Of a stretch of DNA of 64,000 bases, positions 37,082 through 49,472 are shown in pieces; the stretch's first letter is position 1; every line of letters starts with the position of its first letter. The DNA comes from Mobula hypostoma (lineage: Eukaryota): assembly GCF_963921235.1 (NCBI RefSeq), contig NC_086097.1, forward strand, positions 147,686,001-147,750,000, in the 5' to 3' direction. The position numbers were made by a program, and so were the translations under genes. Under the pieces are notes generated by a model. It did no database searches, was not told where the DNA came from, and saw only the letters and a list, made by a program, of their open reading frames with translations.

Positions 37082-40000
37082 GATTTAGTTGGATGCTGTG
37101 TGAATACCCTGAGCATTGAACCAGTGGAGTAGATATTCGTACTCCGGATGAATTGTTAATTTGCCTGTTAAGTACTGTTAAAGTTGCAATTGTGGGGTGG
37201 AGGTTTGATAAAATGGTGGGCGCAGCTCTCGTTTTAATGCAGACCAGTGCTGACATAGCAGCAGCGGGGCGGGTCGAATCACAAGTCGAGTTTCCTGTAG
37301 CTAGGAGCAGAGATTTCAAAGACAGGGCTCTGTTGTTTCTGAGGAGTGAGCGGAAGGAGTGGTTGGATTTGGAATGTCTAATTAGTCCCCATCCTCCAGG
37401 GGAGAGTGAGAATTTTGAGTTAGTATCTGCCCTTACCTCTCTGGCGAATAAATGGAAAAATGCCCAGGTTCAAGTCCCAGCTATTGTAAACTCTGCCTAT
37501 TCTCTGAAATAACGCCCACGCCTAAAAGGGAAGAGGAGTATGAGACTTGCGCAGAGCAGATCTCTCAGTTGTTAGATGAGTGACAGTGCTCTGATGATGT
37601 AAAGCGACAGAGATTGGTTGAGAGTTTGAGTGGGCGGGCTGCTGACGTTGTGAAAGCCGTCAGGTTGCGGTATCCCATAGCAACTATGAGTAATTAAATG
37701 CGAGCACTGGAAAATGCTTTTGGCATGACAGGAAGCCCAATGGAGCACATGGCAGGGTTTCAGAATATGCATCAGGAGAAGGGGAGAAGCTTTCTACTTT
37801 TATTTTTCGGCTAGAGGGGCAGCTAAATTGCTTGCAGCACAGAGGGGTCATTCAGGCGGCTGAGGTGGATCAGTTAAGAGTGGACCAGACAGCAGGGCGC
37901 CCAGTCCCAGGACCTGATTGCTTGGGGTCTCTGACAGTCTCATAACACGCGCCGCCCTCCCTCTTTTGTTGAGCTGATCAGAGAGGTAGGGGAGAAGGAG
38001 AACGCGGCGGAGGCGCAGGAGGGCTCTGTCAGCAGGCCCCGTCAACAGTCCTCGGTTGTGGTCCCCTGCAGTGAAGTGACCACGGATAGCCTGCCTTGGG
38101 GAGCGGTAGAGAGATTGTGGCAGAGTTGAGAACTGAGATTTCTCGGCTGTTATCAGTGGGTGTGACCCCCCCCCCCGCATATGATGAAGCTGATGGGGGG
38201 TGGGGGCAGATCCCCTAAAGGGACGAAAAATGCGGAGGGCTGACATCAGCCAGTGTCACGTGAGAAGGAGAGTGAGCCCCCGGGTACCTAAGCAGAACGA
38301 GTTGTTGGGAAAACTTACAGGAGACCCAGTGAGGGAATGGCCTGGTGTCCCTGGGGGAACACGTTCTCAGCAATATACCACAGAACCCCTGAAAGCGAAA
38401 AACCCTATTCCTGAAGGCTTAGTTGGGACCATATTCCAGTGTGTCACTACAGATAGAGGGTATTTATGCTAATACCATACTTGACACCATTGTCGTACTG
38501 TTAGTTTTACAACCGGTATCTGAAACATTTACCATTGACACCGTTCAGGACACTTGAGATCTGGGGTCTTAGTGCAGGTGATTATCTGTACGGCAGTTAT
38601 TTGTCAGTGAAGTTGGAGCTCTCGGAGGCCGATGTGGGAGTGTGAGGTCCTTGATACATTAGTGCTGGTTTGTCCAGGCCCCTTTGAGAAGTGCAGTGTT
38701 TCAATACTGGTGGGGAAAAACACCCCTGTTGTGAGGAGGCTCATGGGGGGCCTGCAAGGAGAAGGCTAGTGAGAGCTATTTGGGAACATTGTCCACGTAC
38801 CCAGTGTTTTAAGCTGCTTTTGGGGAAGTGTGTGGCTGCATTGGGCTGGATAACGAATGTAGACGAGGGACTGTGTGGTTCATCCAGTCAAAGCCAATGG
38901 TGTTACGGCCCAGAAAAGTAGCGAGAGTGATAGGGACCCCCAAATTTCCCGGAGTGCCTGAGGGTGAGGCCCTCTTAGTGGACGCTCCGGAAGACCACGA
39001 GAGGGAGTTGGGATTTCCTGCTGGGGTACTGGTGAGAACCAAACTGCAGAAGCCCTGGGTTATACAGGTGAGCAGGATGGCAGTGATTGTCAGGAACGCT
39101 ACGAAGGGGGAGGTCACCTTCAAGTGGGGGATGCCCCTGGTGCATCTGTTCCTGGTGACAGTAATGTCTAGTGTCCCTGTGAGACAAGCCAGGGAGAAAC
39201 TATTGGAAAAGGGGGGAAAGTTGACCGCTGAGTCATTCAACTTTGAGGACTCCCTGCTTCCTGCGGTTTGGAAGTGGAGGTTGGTAGTGACAATGTTGAA
39301 GTTGGAAGGTTTCTCTTCCACTGATGAATTTGATGTGGGTTGTTCCAAGAGCACTCGTCACACTATCCTGGTGACCGAGGACACCCCTGTTTAGAGGAAA
39401 GTTGCGGAGACCAGCCCCTGCAGAGGTGGAAGACATTCGGGAGCATTTGTGTAAGCTGAAGAAAGCTGGAATTATCATTGAGTCCCGAAGCCCCTATGCG
39501 TCCCCAATAGTAGTGGCTTGAAAGAAGAATGGGAAGTGTGTGGACTATAGGACCCTGAACAGGCATATCGTCCCTGACCAGTATACAGTTCTGAGGAATG
39601 AAGATGCACTGGGCTGTCTGAGTGGTACGACTTGGTTCAGTGTGCTGGACTTGAGAAGTGGATATTACCAGATCCCCATGAGTGAGGCTGACAAAGAGAA
39701 GACGGCATTTATATGTCCCCTGGGATTCTTCCAGTTCAAAACGATGCCTCAGGGCTTATCGGGTTCCCCTGCAACCTTCCAGTGGGTCATGGAGAAGACA
39801 ATGGGAGATATGAACTTGCTTTAGGTATTTGTGTATCTAGTTGACCTCATAGTACTTGGATCCACCTTGGAAGAACATGAAGCAAGGCTACTGAAGGTGC
39901 TGGGCCGCCTGAAAGTTGAAGGGTTAAAACTTTCCCTGGACAAGTGCCAGTTCTGCAAAATGTCTGTTAGCTATGTTAGGCACATAGTTTCATGGGATAG

Positions 40001-42760
40001 AATAGCTACGGATCTGGCTAAGATTGAGGTGGTGACCACTTGGCCAAGACTGCAGACTGTGAGTGCTCTGCGCTCGTTCCTTGGATTCTGTGCTTACTAT
40101 TGGAGGTTCGTGAAAGGCTACACAAAAGTGAGTCACCTGTTGAATCAGCTTCTGTATGGTTATCCTCCCTTGAAAAAGAAAGGGAGGGGGAAAAGAGGAC
40201 AGGAGGGTGGAGAGTATCTTAGCCCATTGGAGCCCTTTGGACTGAGGTGGGATGCAGAATGTGAAGAGGCCTTTCAGTCGCTGAAGGAGCTGCTGACCCA
40301 GGCACCGGTGATGGCTTTTGCAGATCCCCGATTGTCATATGTACTGCACTCAGATGCCAGCCGAGAGGGCTTAGGAGGTGTCCTGTATCAGGATCAGGGC
40401 ACCGGGCTGAGACCCGTTGTGTTTGTCAGCTGGAGTCTGACGCCCTCTGAGGAAAAACTATCCCACGCACAAGTTGGAATTTCTGGTGTTGAAATGGGCA
40501 GTGGTGGATAAGCTGATACCTCTATGGGGCCAAGTTTGAGGTGAGGACGGACAACAACCCTCTAACTTGTACCCTGACCTAAGTGAAACTGGATGTCACA
40601 GGCCATCAGTGATTGGTGGTATTGTCTGCCTGTGATTTCAGCCTGAAGTACCAGCTGGGAAGCAGGAACATTGATGCTGATGCTTTGTCCCGACAGGCGC
40701 ATGAGGGACTGGACAGGGACGAGGAGTGGGAGAGCATTCCTGCCCCGGGGTAAAGGCCATGTATCACTTTGCCATCACCATGAAGGCTGAGGGAAAGGAT
40801 GGGAAGGATCGAACGGTGGATCAGTTTGGAGCTTCTGATGATGCCATTCCCCAGGTTTACCATAAGCTGACTGCTCTGAAAACAAATCAGCTGCCAGAAT
40901 TGTGTTCTGGGGAAGTGGCAGCTGCTCAGCGAGACGACCCGGGCATTGGTATCGTTTGGTCATTAGTCAAAAAGGGAGACATGGCTCAGGCAGAGAAGAC
41001 GAAGCACGCGGTGGTGCCTTTATTACTGAGAGAATGGCCTCGGTTGGAGTTGTGGAACCAGATCCTATACCAGGTCACGTCACCCCCGGACCGTCCTCAG
41101 TGTTGCCAGCTGGTTCTGCTGGAGAAGTATCGGAGGATTGCGTTGAACTCACTTCATGATGATTCTGGATATTTGGGGGTTGAAAAGACCTATGGATTGC
41201 TCAGAGACTGGTTTTACTGGCTCCGAATGAAGTCGGAGGTTGAAGAATACTGCCAGTCGTGCATTTGATGCATTCGGCGGAAGATGTTGCCTACGCAGGC
41301 AGCTCCCCTGTCCCATTTGCAGAGTGCGGGGCCCCTGAACCTGGTGTGTATGGATTTCATGTCAATAGAACCCAATGCTAGCAACACGGCGAATATCTTA
41401 GTCATCACAGACCACTACACCAGATATACGCAGACTTTTCTTACCAAGGACCAGAGGGCGTCCTCTGTGGCCAAAGTATATTGGGAGAAGTATTTCATTT
41501 ATTATGGCCTCTTTAGGCGGATACATAGTGATCAGGGACGGGATTTTGAGAGCAGACTCATCCATGAGTTACTGGGCATGCTTGGAGTCGAGAAGTCGAG
41601 AACCATGCCCTATCATCCTCAGGGTGATCCCCAGCCCGAGAGGTTTAATCGGACAAGCTAGATATGCTCGGGACCTTGGAAATCAGCAAGAGAGCAGCTG
41701 GAGTCAACATATTGGACATCAGGTCTGCAGTTATAATTGTATCCGAAATGAAGCTACCGGGTACTTGCCATACTCTCTGTTCGGGCGCAAGGCGAGGTTG
41801 TCCATTGACCTTTGTTTTGGGACTGACGAGGGCGACTTACCACTGAAGACTTATCTGAAGTATGTATCTGATATGAGAAGAGAGCTGAAAAGGGCTTATG
41901 AATTAGCTGGGGTCGCAGCTGCTAAGCAGAATCCAGGAAATAAGAGGAGGTATGATCAAAAGGTGAGGTTCTCCCAACTCCTGCCAGGAGACCAAGTCTT
42001 TATAAGGAATTTGGGGCTACCTGGGAAGCATAAGTTGGCTGACTGCTGGGCGGCTACGCCCTATATGGTGGAGAGTCAGATGCCAAACCTACCAGTTTTC
42101 CAGGAATGGGCTTGGCAAGGTTCTCCATCGGAACCACCTGCTGCCCTGGGACAAGAGGTGCAGGTAGACCTAGAGCCCGACCTGGACCCTTCACCTAGTA
42201 GGAGGACTCTGCAGAAACACGGGACGACTGCAGGGCCAACAGCAGGAGAGGTTAAGCTGTCCCCTACCCCTGAGAAGGATACTGATTCAGAGGATGAGGA
42301 CCTAGATGTGTGGTATTTGCTGCTTTTTGCTGACTCCCCATTGATTGAGGAAGAGACTCCCAGCCCTTCTCCCACTGAGTCAGGTGAAGAGGGATGTGGG
42401 CTTTATCTGTGGACAGCCTAGGTTGCAGCGGGACCCTGCAAGGGATGAAGCGGGGGTTGGCCACAGGACAGAGGGGTCCGAGATGCTGGTGGGCACGAGT
42501 GAGAGCCCAGGGTAGGCCTCACCAGGTAGACCAGAAGTATCCCCAGTAGTGTCGGAACCTGACGAGTTAGGTGAGGGGAAATGGAGGTCTCAGGGAATTA
42601 GGAGACCACCAGATAGGCTGGCCTATGTAGCTTCAGGGGAACAGAGTGTGACCCCAACCGTTTTGGGGAGCTGTGTCACTGCCTTGTACACCTGGATTGG
42701 ACTTAGTATTTTGCAGGAGGGGTTGGCGAATTATTCAATGTCATGAGGACATAACTAAAT

Positions 42761-42775
42761 TTGGTGGGTGGAGAG
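42761..42775 (+). promoter_or_regulatory. Polypurine tract
   Basis: TTGGTGGGTGGAGAG immediately before the 3' LTR. Confidence 0.7.
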
Positions 42776-43366
42776 TGCAACACGCTGTAAGGTTTCACTG
42801 CTTATGTAATGGCCTCCCTGTAATATTTCACTACTAATGGTAATGTAATGGTTTCTCTGTAGCAGCAATGTTTGGGTTACGACTGGAGATAACGGGGGCT
42901 TTGGAATGTGTGCCATTCAATGAGAGGCATGTTGTTTCTTTCTTGTGGGTCTGAGAGAAAGGATTTGCGACCTTTGTTGGCGAGAGATGAAGAGAGAAGA
43001 TGCAAATGGAGAGAGTTGGTAGATAGCCGGACAGAGTGGTCTTGGAGCGAGGGTCTGAGGGTTGCCGACACTCAGAGGAGTCGACGGGGAATGATTGGAC
43101 AGAATTGTGAGCTCCAACGTTGCACATTAGACTGTTTCATGAGAATGGGCCCTTTTCCTTTTTTGTTTCTTTACTAACCGTATAGTCAAATTAACAATTA
43201 TAAAGCTCAGTCATTTAATTGTATACTGTGTACTGTTTGTTATTTCATGGTACTGATTTGTAATGGGCACATCACGCAGCATCCACCCAAACAAGATTTG
43301 TTAAGTTTTACTGGGCCGGGAGCTGTCTTCCCCTAGATTAAGCCTCTAGCCAAACCCAGGGTTACA
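42776..43366 (+). repeat. 3' LTR
   Basis: Begins TGCAA and ends GGGTTACA, followed by the TSD TGAG. Confidence 0.92.
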
Positions 43367-43689
43367 TGAGTAAAGGAGGTGTTAAGTGTTTAAATTTCAC
43401 ATGGCTGCTGTGGAAATTAAAGCATTTTTTTCATTCAAACAAGAATTTTATGTTAATGATGGTTAAGCATTTAATGCAAAATGGAAAAATACTTAACCTG
43501 ATTGAAGTGCCTTTTTCATCTGAGTGACTCTGATCGCCATCCAGAATGAATGCAGAAAAACTACTTTTTATTCTGTCTTCCAAGCGTGAACATTTACAAA
43601 ATGGATTTACTCCAAGTTGCTGTGATTGACAACTAATTAAAAAAATATATCATTGGTATAATTGATCCTGTTGTATCTGCACTCCTGTA

Positions 43690-44020
43690 AAGTATCAGGA
43701 CCAGAAGGAGTCTAGGACCAGAGGGACCAGAGCCTCAGAATAAAGGAACATCTCTTTAGAGCAGAGATAAAGAGAAATGTCTTTAGCCAAAGGATGTTGA
43801 ATATGTGGAATTCATTGCCACTGATGGCTATGGAGGCAAAGTTATGGGTTATATTTAAAGCAGAGGTTGATAGGTTCTTGATTAGTCAGGGTGTCAAAGG
43901 TTATGGTGAGAAAGCAGGAGAATGGGGTGCAGGAGTAATAAATCAGCCATGATGGAATGATGGAGCAAACTCAGTTGGTCAAATGGCCCAATTCTACTCC
44001 TATGCCTTATGCTTTTATGG
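43690..44020 (+). mobile_element. CR1 LINE 3' end
   Basis: Typical CR1 3' segment (GAGTCTAGGACCAGAGGG, TGTGGAATTCATTGCCAC, AAATGGCCCAATTCTACTCCTATG). Confidence 0.75.
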
Positions 44021-44812
44021 TCAAATGAACTAAAATAGCTCTGTAATGTTTTATCTTCCACTTTAACATTAGAGGATAAAATGAAGTCACAAGATTTTCA
44101 TCCTGCTGTCATACTAGTTCTGCTCAGCTCCACCACTCTGATGGTAATCTTATTCATAAAGAAATAGGCAGCTAGGCCTGAGTCTCACATCTTGTTCTGA
44201 GGTTTTTGTGTTTTGGGAATATGACAGAGTAACTACTCAATAGTCCAGATCTTAAATATAATTTGCAATCTAGCACAAAGCTATTTGGCTCAAGGAGTCC
44301 ATGAGCATCAAAGGAAATATATTTCACTAATTAAAGTCATGTTTGTTACTGTGGAAAATAGTGATTCCTGAAGCTCAATCATATTCCTGCTCCATCATTG
44401 TTTCTGGGTTTAAAACCTACAACATAAGAGGTTTATGGGAATTGGAGATAGGTAATAAATGTTTGCCTTGCTAATGATATCTAATTCTGGAATAAATTTA
44501 CAAACAGCTCCATGTCAGGTATAAGCTCCATGCATGTCATATTCCAGTTATTTCGTCTCCATCTGTCTCCATATCATTGTATTCTTTTCTCCTTTTTGTA
44601 TAAACTATGCTTCTCCTCAGTTGCTCCTGAATTCAGAAATCCGTCAGAGTGAAAGACCATCTCTGAAACTCCACTTTTCAAAATCATGAGTTGGTTGGTT
44701 TCCCTAACATCATCACTAAGATTGTTTTTTTAAATTTTAGGCCATTCATCCCTTTCCAGTTACAATTCAAACAATTCTGCTGAGTGCTCTGCATTCTTTT
44801 TTGTTTTGATAG

Positions 44813-44890
44813 GAACTCATTGAAAAACACTACAGTGAGCCAGGATGCAGGTACGAAAAAGAGCTGAAGGAATTTGCAGACCTCCGGCAG
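44813..44890 (+). CDS. RHPN1: Rhophilin-1-like exon (ELIEKHYSEPGCRYEKELKEFADLRQ)
   Basis: Polypyrimidine tract and atAG acceptor, CAG|GTaggt donor, 78 bp, phase 0-0; start of the BRO1 domain. Confidence 0.9.
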
Positions 44891-44956
44891 GTAGGTTCCA
44901 TTGTTCTTGGGTTGACAGGTAACAAGTTCCATTAAAAATAAACTAAGTATTATACT

Positions 44957-45032
44957 AAAAAAGTACAGTCATCGTTTCGGGCCGAGACTCTTTGGCAGGA
45001 TTTCCAGCATCTTCAGATTTTCTCTTGTATGC
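44957..45032. mobile_element. Tiny inverted Penelope-end remnant
   Basis: A minus-strand degenerate hammerhead (CGTTTCGGGCCGAGACTCTTTGGCAGG) is fused to the plus-strand family terminus (ATTTCCAGCATCTTCAGATTTTCTCTTGTATGC). Confidence 0.65.
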
Positions 45033-45880
45033 AATATACTTACGTGTTATGGCCAAATGCATTACTTCATTCAGAGTAAGAAGATCACTGATTCTGTTCC
45101 AAAGTTGGCTGATTTTAACAAGTCCGAAGTTCAAATCAATCTCCCAATACAGCAAGGGAGAAAGAAATATATCAGAGATCCCTGGTCTCTATTGTTCAAA
45201 TTTTGCTTTAGGTGTAAATGTGGATGTCTGACTCATTGGTGATCTTATGTGCATGTCTTATATAGTTCAATCTTTAGACTCTAGCTTCTCTGTTGTCTCT
45301 TCCACCCTTGTTTGGAAAGCAACTCCTATGCAATGTTGTCTTGCACCAGATTTTGTCCTGCATTTATGTCAGGATCTTTAATGGCAATTCCTTCCCTCAA
45401 TCCTTCCACCTGTCTGCCACTTGTTGCAAGCTCTACATATTTATCCTAGGTAGTTGAATCTTTTGCTTTTCTCGAGTGTGAAGAAGGTTTAGAAATTCTG
45501 TAATATATAAAATTAAAAGTTGCTATCAGCATTGGGTTGAGCTTGACTGCTATAAACTTGATATTGGTTATTATTGTTACGTATACCAAGATACAGTGAA
45601 AAGCTTGTCTTACATACTGTTCATACAGAGCAATTCATTATACAGCTCATTGAGGTAGGATAGGTAAAATAGTAACAGAATGCAGAATAAAGTGTAACAG
45701 CTATGGAGAAAGTTCAATGTAGGTAAGTAATAAGGCGAAGATCATTACGATGTAGTGAGGTGAAGATTCCATCTTATTGTATTGGGGAATAATCCTGAGG
45801 GAGGTGTGGTTGCCTATTATTGTTACTGATTTTGTTTCTTTTTGGTCATGAAGTTGACAATCCAGCTGCAGAGTGAGGTG

Positions 45881-45934
45881 AACACAAGGAAATCTGCAGA
45901 TGCTGGAAATTCAAGCAACACACACAGTGTACGT
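45881..45934 (-). mobile_element. 54-bp Penelope 3'-terminal insertion
   Basis: AACACAAGGAAATCTGCAGATGCTGGAAATTCAAGCAACAC; 14-bp TSD TGCAGAGTGAGGTG at 45867-45880 and 45935-45948. Confidence 0.8.
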
Positions 45935-46268
45935 TGCAGAGTGAGGTGTTGACTCCCAGATCTGGGAGTTTGGTGATGAGTTTGCTTGGAATTAAAGGTG
46001 GAGATGTAGTCAATAAGCAATAGACTAATGAAGGTGTCTTTATTGTCCAAATGCTCCAGAGATGAGCGTAGTGCCAGGGAGATGGTAGCCACTGTAGACC
46101 ATAGGCATATTGCAGTGGGTGAGTGTTGTCTGGGAGGCTGGACTTGAAGCATGCCAGGACCAACCTTTCAAAGCGCTTCATGAATGAGGATGCCAGAGCA
46201 TTAAGGCATTTTACATCAAAGTTGCTGGTGAACGCAGCAGGCCAGGCAGCATCTCTATGAAGAGGTGC

Positions 46269-46304
46269 AGTCGACGTTTCAGGCCGAGACCCTTCGTCAG
46301 GACT
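46269..46304 (-). ncRNA. Minimal type I hammerhead ribozyme motif
   Basis: Exact reverse complement of 46318-46353; intact core. Confidence 0.8.
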
Positions 46305-46317
46305 AACTCAGTTAGTT

Positions 46318-46353
46318 AGTCCTGACGAAGGGTCTCGGCCTGAAACGTCGACT
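46318..46353 (+). ncRNA. Minimal type I hammerhead ribozyme motif
   Basis: AGTC-CTGACGA-A-GGGTCTCGGCCT-GAAA-CGTC^GACT; predicted cleavage after 46349. Confidence 0.8.
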
Positions 46354-48567
46354 GCACCTCTTCATAGAGATGCTGCCTGGCCTGCTGCGTTCACCAGCAA
46401 CTTTGATGTGTGTTGCTTGAATTTCCAGCAACTGCAGATTTCCTGTTGTTTAAGGCATTTTACCTTGTTTTTCTTAAGTACCTGGATGGTAGTGGTCTTC
46501 GTCAAGCAGTGGAACTTCGGATTGAAGCAGAGAGAGGTTAAAAATGTCTCTAAATACCCTCACAAGCTAACCTGCACAGGATCTAAGGATACGTCCAGGG
46601 ACACCATCTGGCCCCGTGCTTCCTACGGTTCACTCTCTGGAAGAATGGTCTTTTGTCTGTAATGATATCTGTGGGTGGAAGCTGTTGGGGTGGGTAGTGA
46701 CATACCAAACTCCTCCTGTTCAACTCATGCATAAAATGCTTTAAGCTCACCTGGAAGGGATGTGCTTTTGTTGGCGATGTTGCCCAACTTTGTTTTGTAG
46801 CCCGTTATGTTATGTAAGCCCGGCTACAACTGATGGCTGGTTTGGGACTGGATTTTTAGACTGCATTGTCTCTTGGCATTTCTGATAGCTTGGTGGAGAT
46901 TATATCTCAATTTCTTTTAAAGGACAGTGTCACATGATTTGAAAACTGCAGACCTAGTTTCAGTAGGGAATGGATCTGCCATCTGTGGTTTCCAGTTTGG
47001 GAACATCTGGGTTATCCTTTTTGGTACACAGTCCTCAAAACACTTGCAGATAAAGCATGAAGTCTTGATGGTCCAATAGGCTGCAGATGCTCATTGTTTA
47101 TATTCGTATGATTACTCACTTGGTTAAGGCAACTTTGGACATTCCACCTCTTCATTATATTCTGTCATGGAGAAGATAGAAAAGAAAATAGACCCTCAGG
47201 GATTTGGAAATTTTTAATTATTTAGCTCTGGTGGTGCTTTTACATTATTTATCTGTGGCAATGCTTGTGATTAACTAAGTGGGTGGTTATTTATACTGTA
47301 CAGGTATTGAAAAATATTTATCAAGTGTTTGACATCATAAATAGATTTTAATCTGCGTATTCTGAATGGCTTTGGAAAATTTGGGATTTTTATTTCCTTG
47401 GAGAAAAGAAGACATTGCTTACAGGTGAAATTTAAGAATTCATGAAGCATTGGTTGATTAAGGTTGTCATCATTGAGGGAGGTAATGAAGATAAGCTCCC
47501 ACTACCTATTAAATGCTCCCAAAGGGATGCATTTGAAATGGCCTCTGACAACCAAGTCCAGTTCTGGTCTTCACATGTGGCTTAGCTATTAAGCCTAGCG
47601 GAACTGTTTCTACTGACAAGACGAGGGGCAAAAGTGGGTTACTAGTTGCTTTGGGAAAATGGGACTCCTCAGCCATGGTTGGCAACTCATCTAGGAAAAG
47701 AAAAACTCCTGATCTGAAACCTCCGCTGCCTTGCAGCAATACCCACTCATGGGGAAGAGTTTGGGAGTAAACCCCGAGGAAAAAATCCAGAGTTGGAGCC
47801 CCAAAGTCAGTCCAACGTTAAGTTCAATGCTGACTGGCAACTCCTGTGACAGTGCTAATGTCAAGCTGTCTCTGCTGTTCCTTTGGATTCATCAGCTGTG
47901 TGCAGAGGAGGAGCCTGCTACAGGGACAACAGCTTGCTCTCCATATTGTGGCTTGTGTAGACAGCTGGGATGCAATATCTGTGGTCGACCTCGACCAACA
48001 GAGGGCCTCATGAGGCATTGAGTATGCTTTTGCCTTTTCTCTCTTTGATCATGGATGTAGCTTAGAAAATGTATCTTTGTATTAAATATTGTTGGATTGT
48101 TGCATCTGGAGCTATTGGATCTGAAAGTGCACAACCCTTTTTAAGTTAAAATTTGATGACAGACAAGAAAAGATTAGACTGCTATCCATGCACCTGTGTG
48201 TATTTTTTCCCTCTTATTATCCTTGTAGTTTAAGGGCAATCATAATTAAAATGGTCTAATTTTAGTTGATAAATGTTTAATTATGATATTTAATTTGATT
48301 GGTAAATGGTTAAAGGAGTGGAAATTCTATAGACCTGAAATCAAATATGTTTGTTTTTGGAGAAAGGAAAATGGGTTAAGTGTATGGTTGATCAAAATTC
48401 ATTTTATCTTTCCAGGAAGTTATCATGCTGCCTATCAGTCTCTTATCATCTAAGAATGAGAGACTAAATAAAGGCTTCTGTTGCAAAATGAGAACTAGTT
48501 TATTATGATGCTACACTTATCACATGTAGCATTGCAAAGGATGTGAATTCAAATAAACAGGATCTGA

Positions 48568-49022
48568 CTTATACTTTATACTTTATTGTCGCCAAACAAT
48601 TGATACTAGAACATACAATCATCACAGCGATATTTGATTCTGCACTTCCTGCTCCCTCGATTACAAATATTAAATCTTAAAAATATTAAGAATAGTAAAA
48701 ATTAGTAAATATAAGAATTTAAATTATAAATCATGAATAGAAAATAGAAAAATGGAAAGTAAGGTAGTGCAAAAAAACCGAGAGGCAGGTCCAGATATTT
48801 GGAGGGTACGGCCCAGATCCGGGTCAGGATCCGTTCAGCAGTCTTATCACAGTTGGAAAGAAACTGTTCCCAAATCTGGCCGTACGAGTCTTCAAGCTCC
48901 TGAGCCTTCTCCCGGAGGGAAAAGGGACAAAAAGTGTGTTGGCTGGGTGGGTCGTGTCCTTGATTATCCTGGCAGCACTGCTCCGACAGCGTGCAGTGTA
49001 AAGTGAGTCCAAGGATGGAAAA
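48568..49022 (-). mobile_element. Rex1-type LINE 3' fragment
   Basis: DTTHPANTLFVPFPSGRRLRSLKTRTARFGNSFFP; (AAGTATA)n tail. Confidence 0.8.
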
Positions 49023-49347
49023 TTGGACTGACCAAACTGTTCATTGTTTTTCTCTATTGTGTGATAATTACAATTCAAAGGTTAGATTGATGCTGTGTTG
49101 CTGATTTTCTGCAAACACTTTTCAATAATAGCGTCAAGGAATTAATGGAAACGTTCTGGGTTTACTGACCTGTGCGTTTTCTCTTCCTCTGAAACTTGCT
49201 GTTTGCTCAGTAATGGTGAGATACAGGTCTGAATCTAAGCAACACTCTCCATGCTGCATTGTGCTAGAACGTCAGTGCAAATGAGTTTGGTAATTTTGAA
49301 AAATTTAAAATTTAATCACTTGACTTATACCAGCATTTTGATTTCAG

Positions 49348-49472
49348 GCAATGCGAACTCCAACCCGGAATGATGCTGGAATCGAGCTTCTTATGGAATA
49401 CTACAACCAGCTTTACTTCATTGATAGTCGTTTTTTTTCACCCAATAAAAATATGGGTATCTTTTTTCATTG
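49348..49472 (+). CDS. RHPN1: Rhophilin-1-like exon (AMRTPTRNDAGIELLMEYYNQLYFIDSRFFSPNKNMGIFFH-W)
   Basis: tttcAG acceptor, TG|GTaagt donor, 125 bp. AMRTP, YYNQL and FFHW match RHPN1 rather than RHPN2. Confidence 0.93.

Larger units (their letters stand above)
36523..43366 (+). mobile_element. Full-length decayed Ty3/Gypsy LTR retrotransposon
   Basis: TG..CA LTRs, 4-bp TSD TGAG (36519-36522 and 43367-43370), PBS and PPT. RT motifs (DYRTLN, LDLRSGYYQI, MPQGL, YLVD), RNase H (LHSDASREGLG) and integrase (LHDDSG..C..C, DHYTRY, IHSDQG). Many stops and frameshifts. Confidence 0.95.
46213..46449. mobile_element. Penelope-end mini-element forming a perfect hairpin
   Basis: Arms 46213-46308 and 46314-46409 (96 bp) are exact reverse complements with a CAGTT loop. 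14-bp TSD TTAAGGCATTTTAC at 46201-46214 and 46450-46463. Confidence 0.92.
45560..47060 (-). mobile_element. Old Rex1-type LINE fragments hosting two Penelope mini-insertions
   Basis: MKRFERLVL.., LEHLDNKDTF..LLIDY on the reverse strand. Boundaries are approximate. Confidence 0.65.

Noticed and set aside
41504..42746. env-like ORF after the integrase
   Set aside because: It is the frameshifted integrase C-terminus plus an acidic, proline-rich tail; no signal peptide or transmembrane segment is evident.
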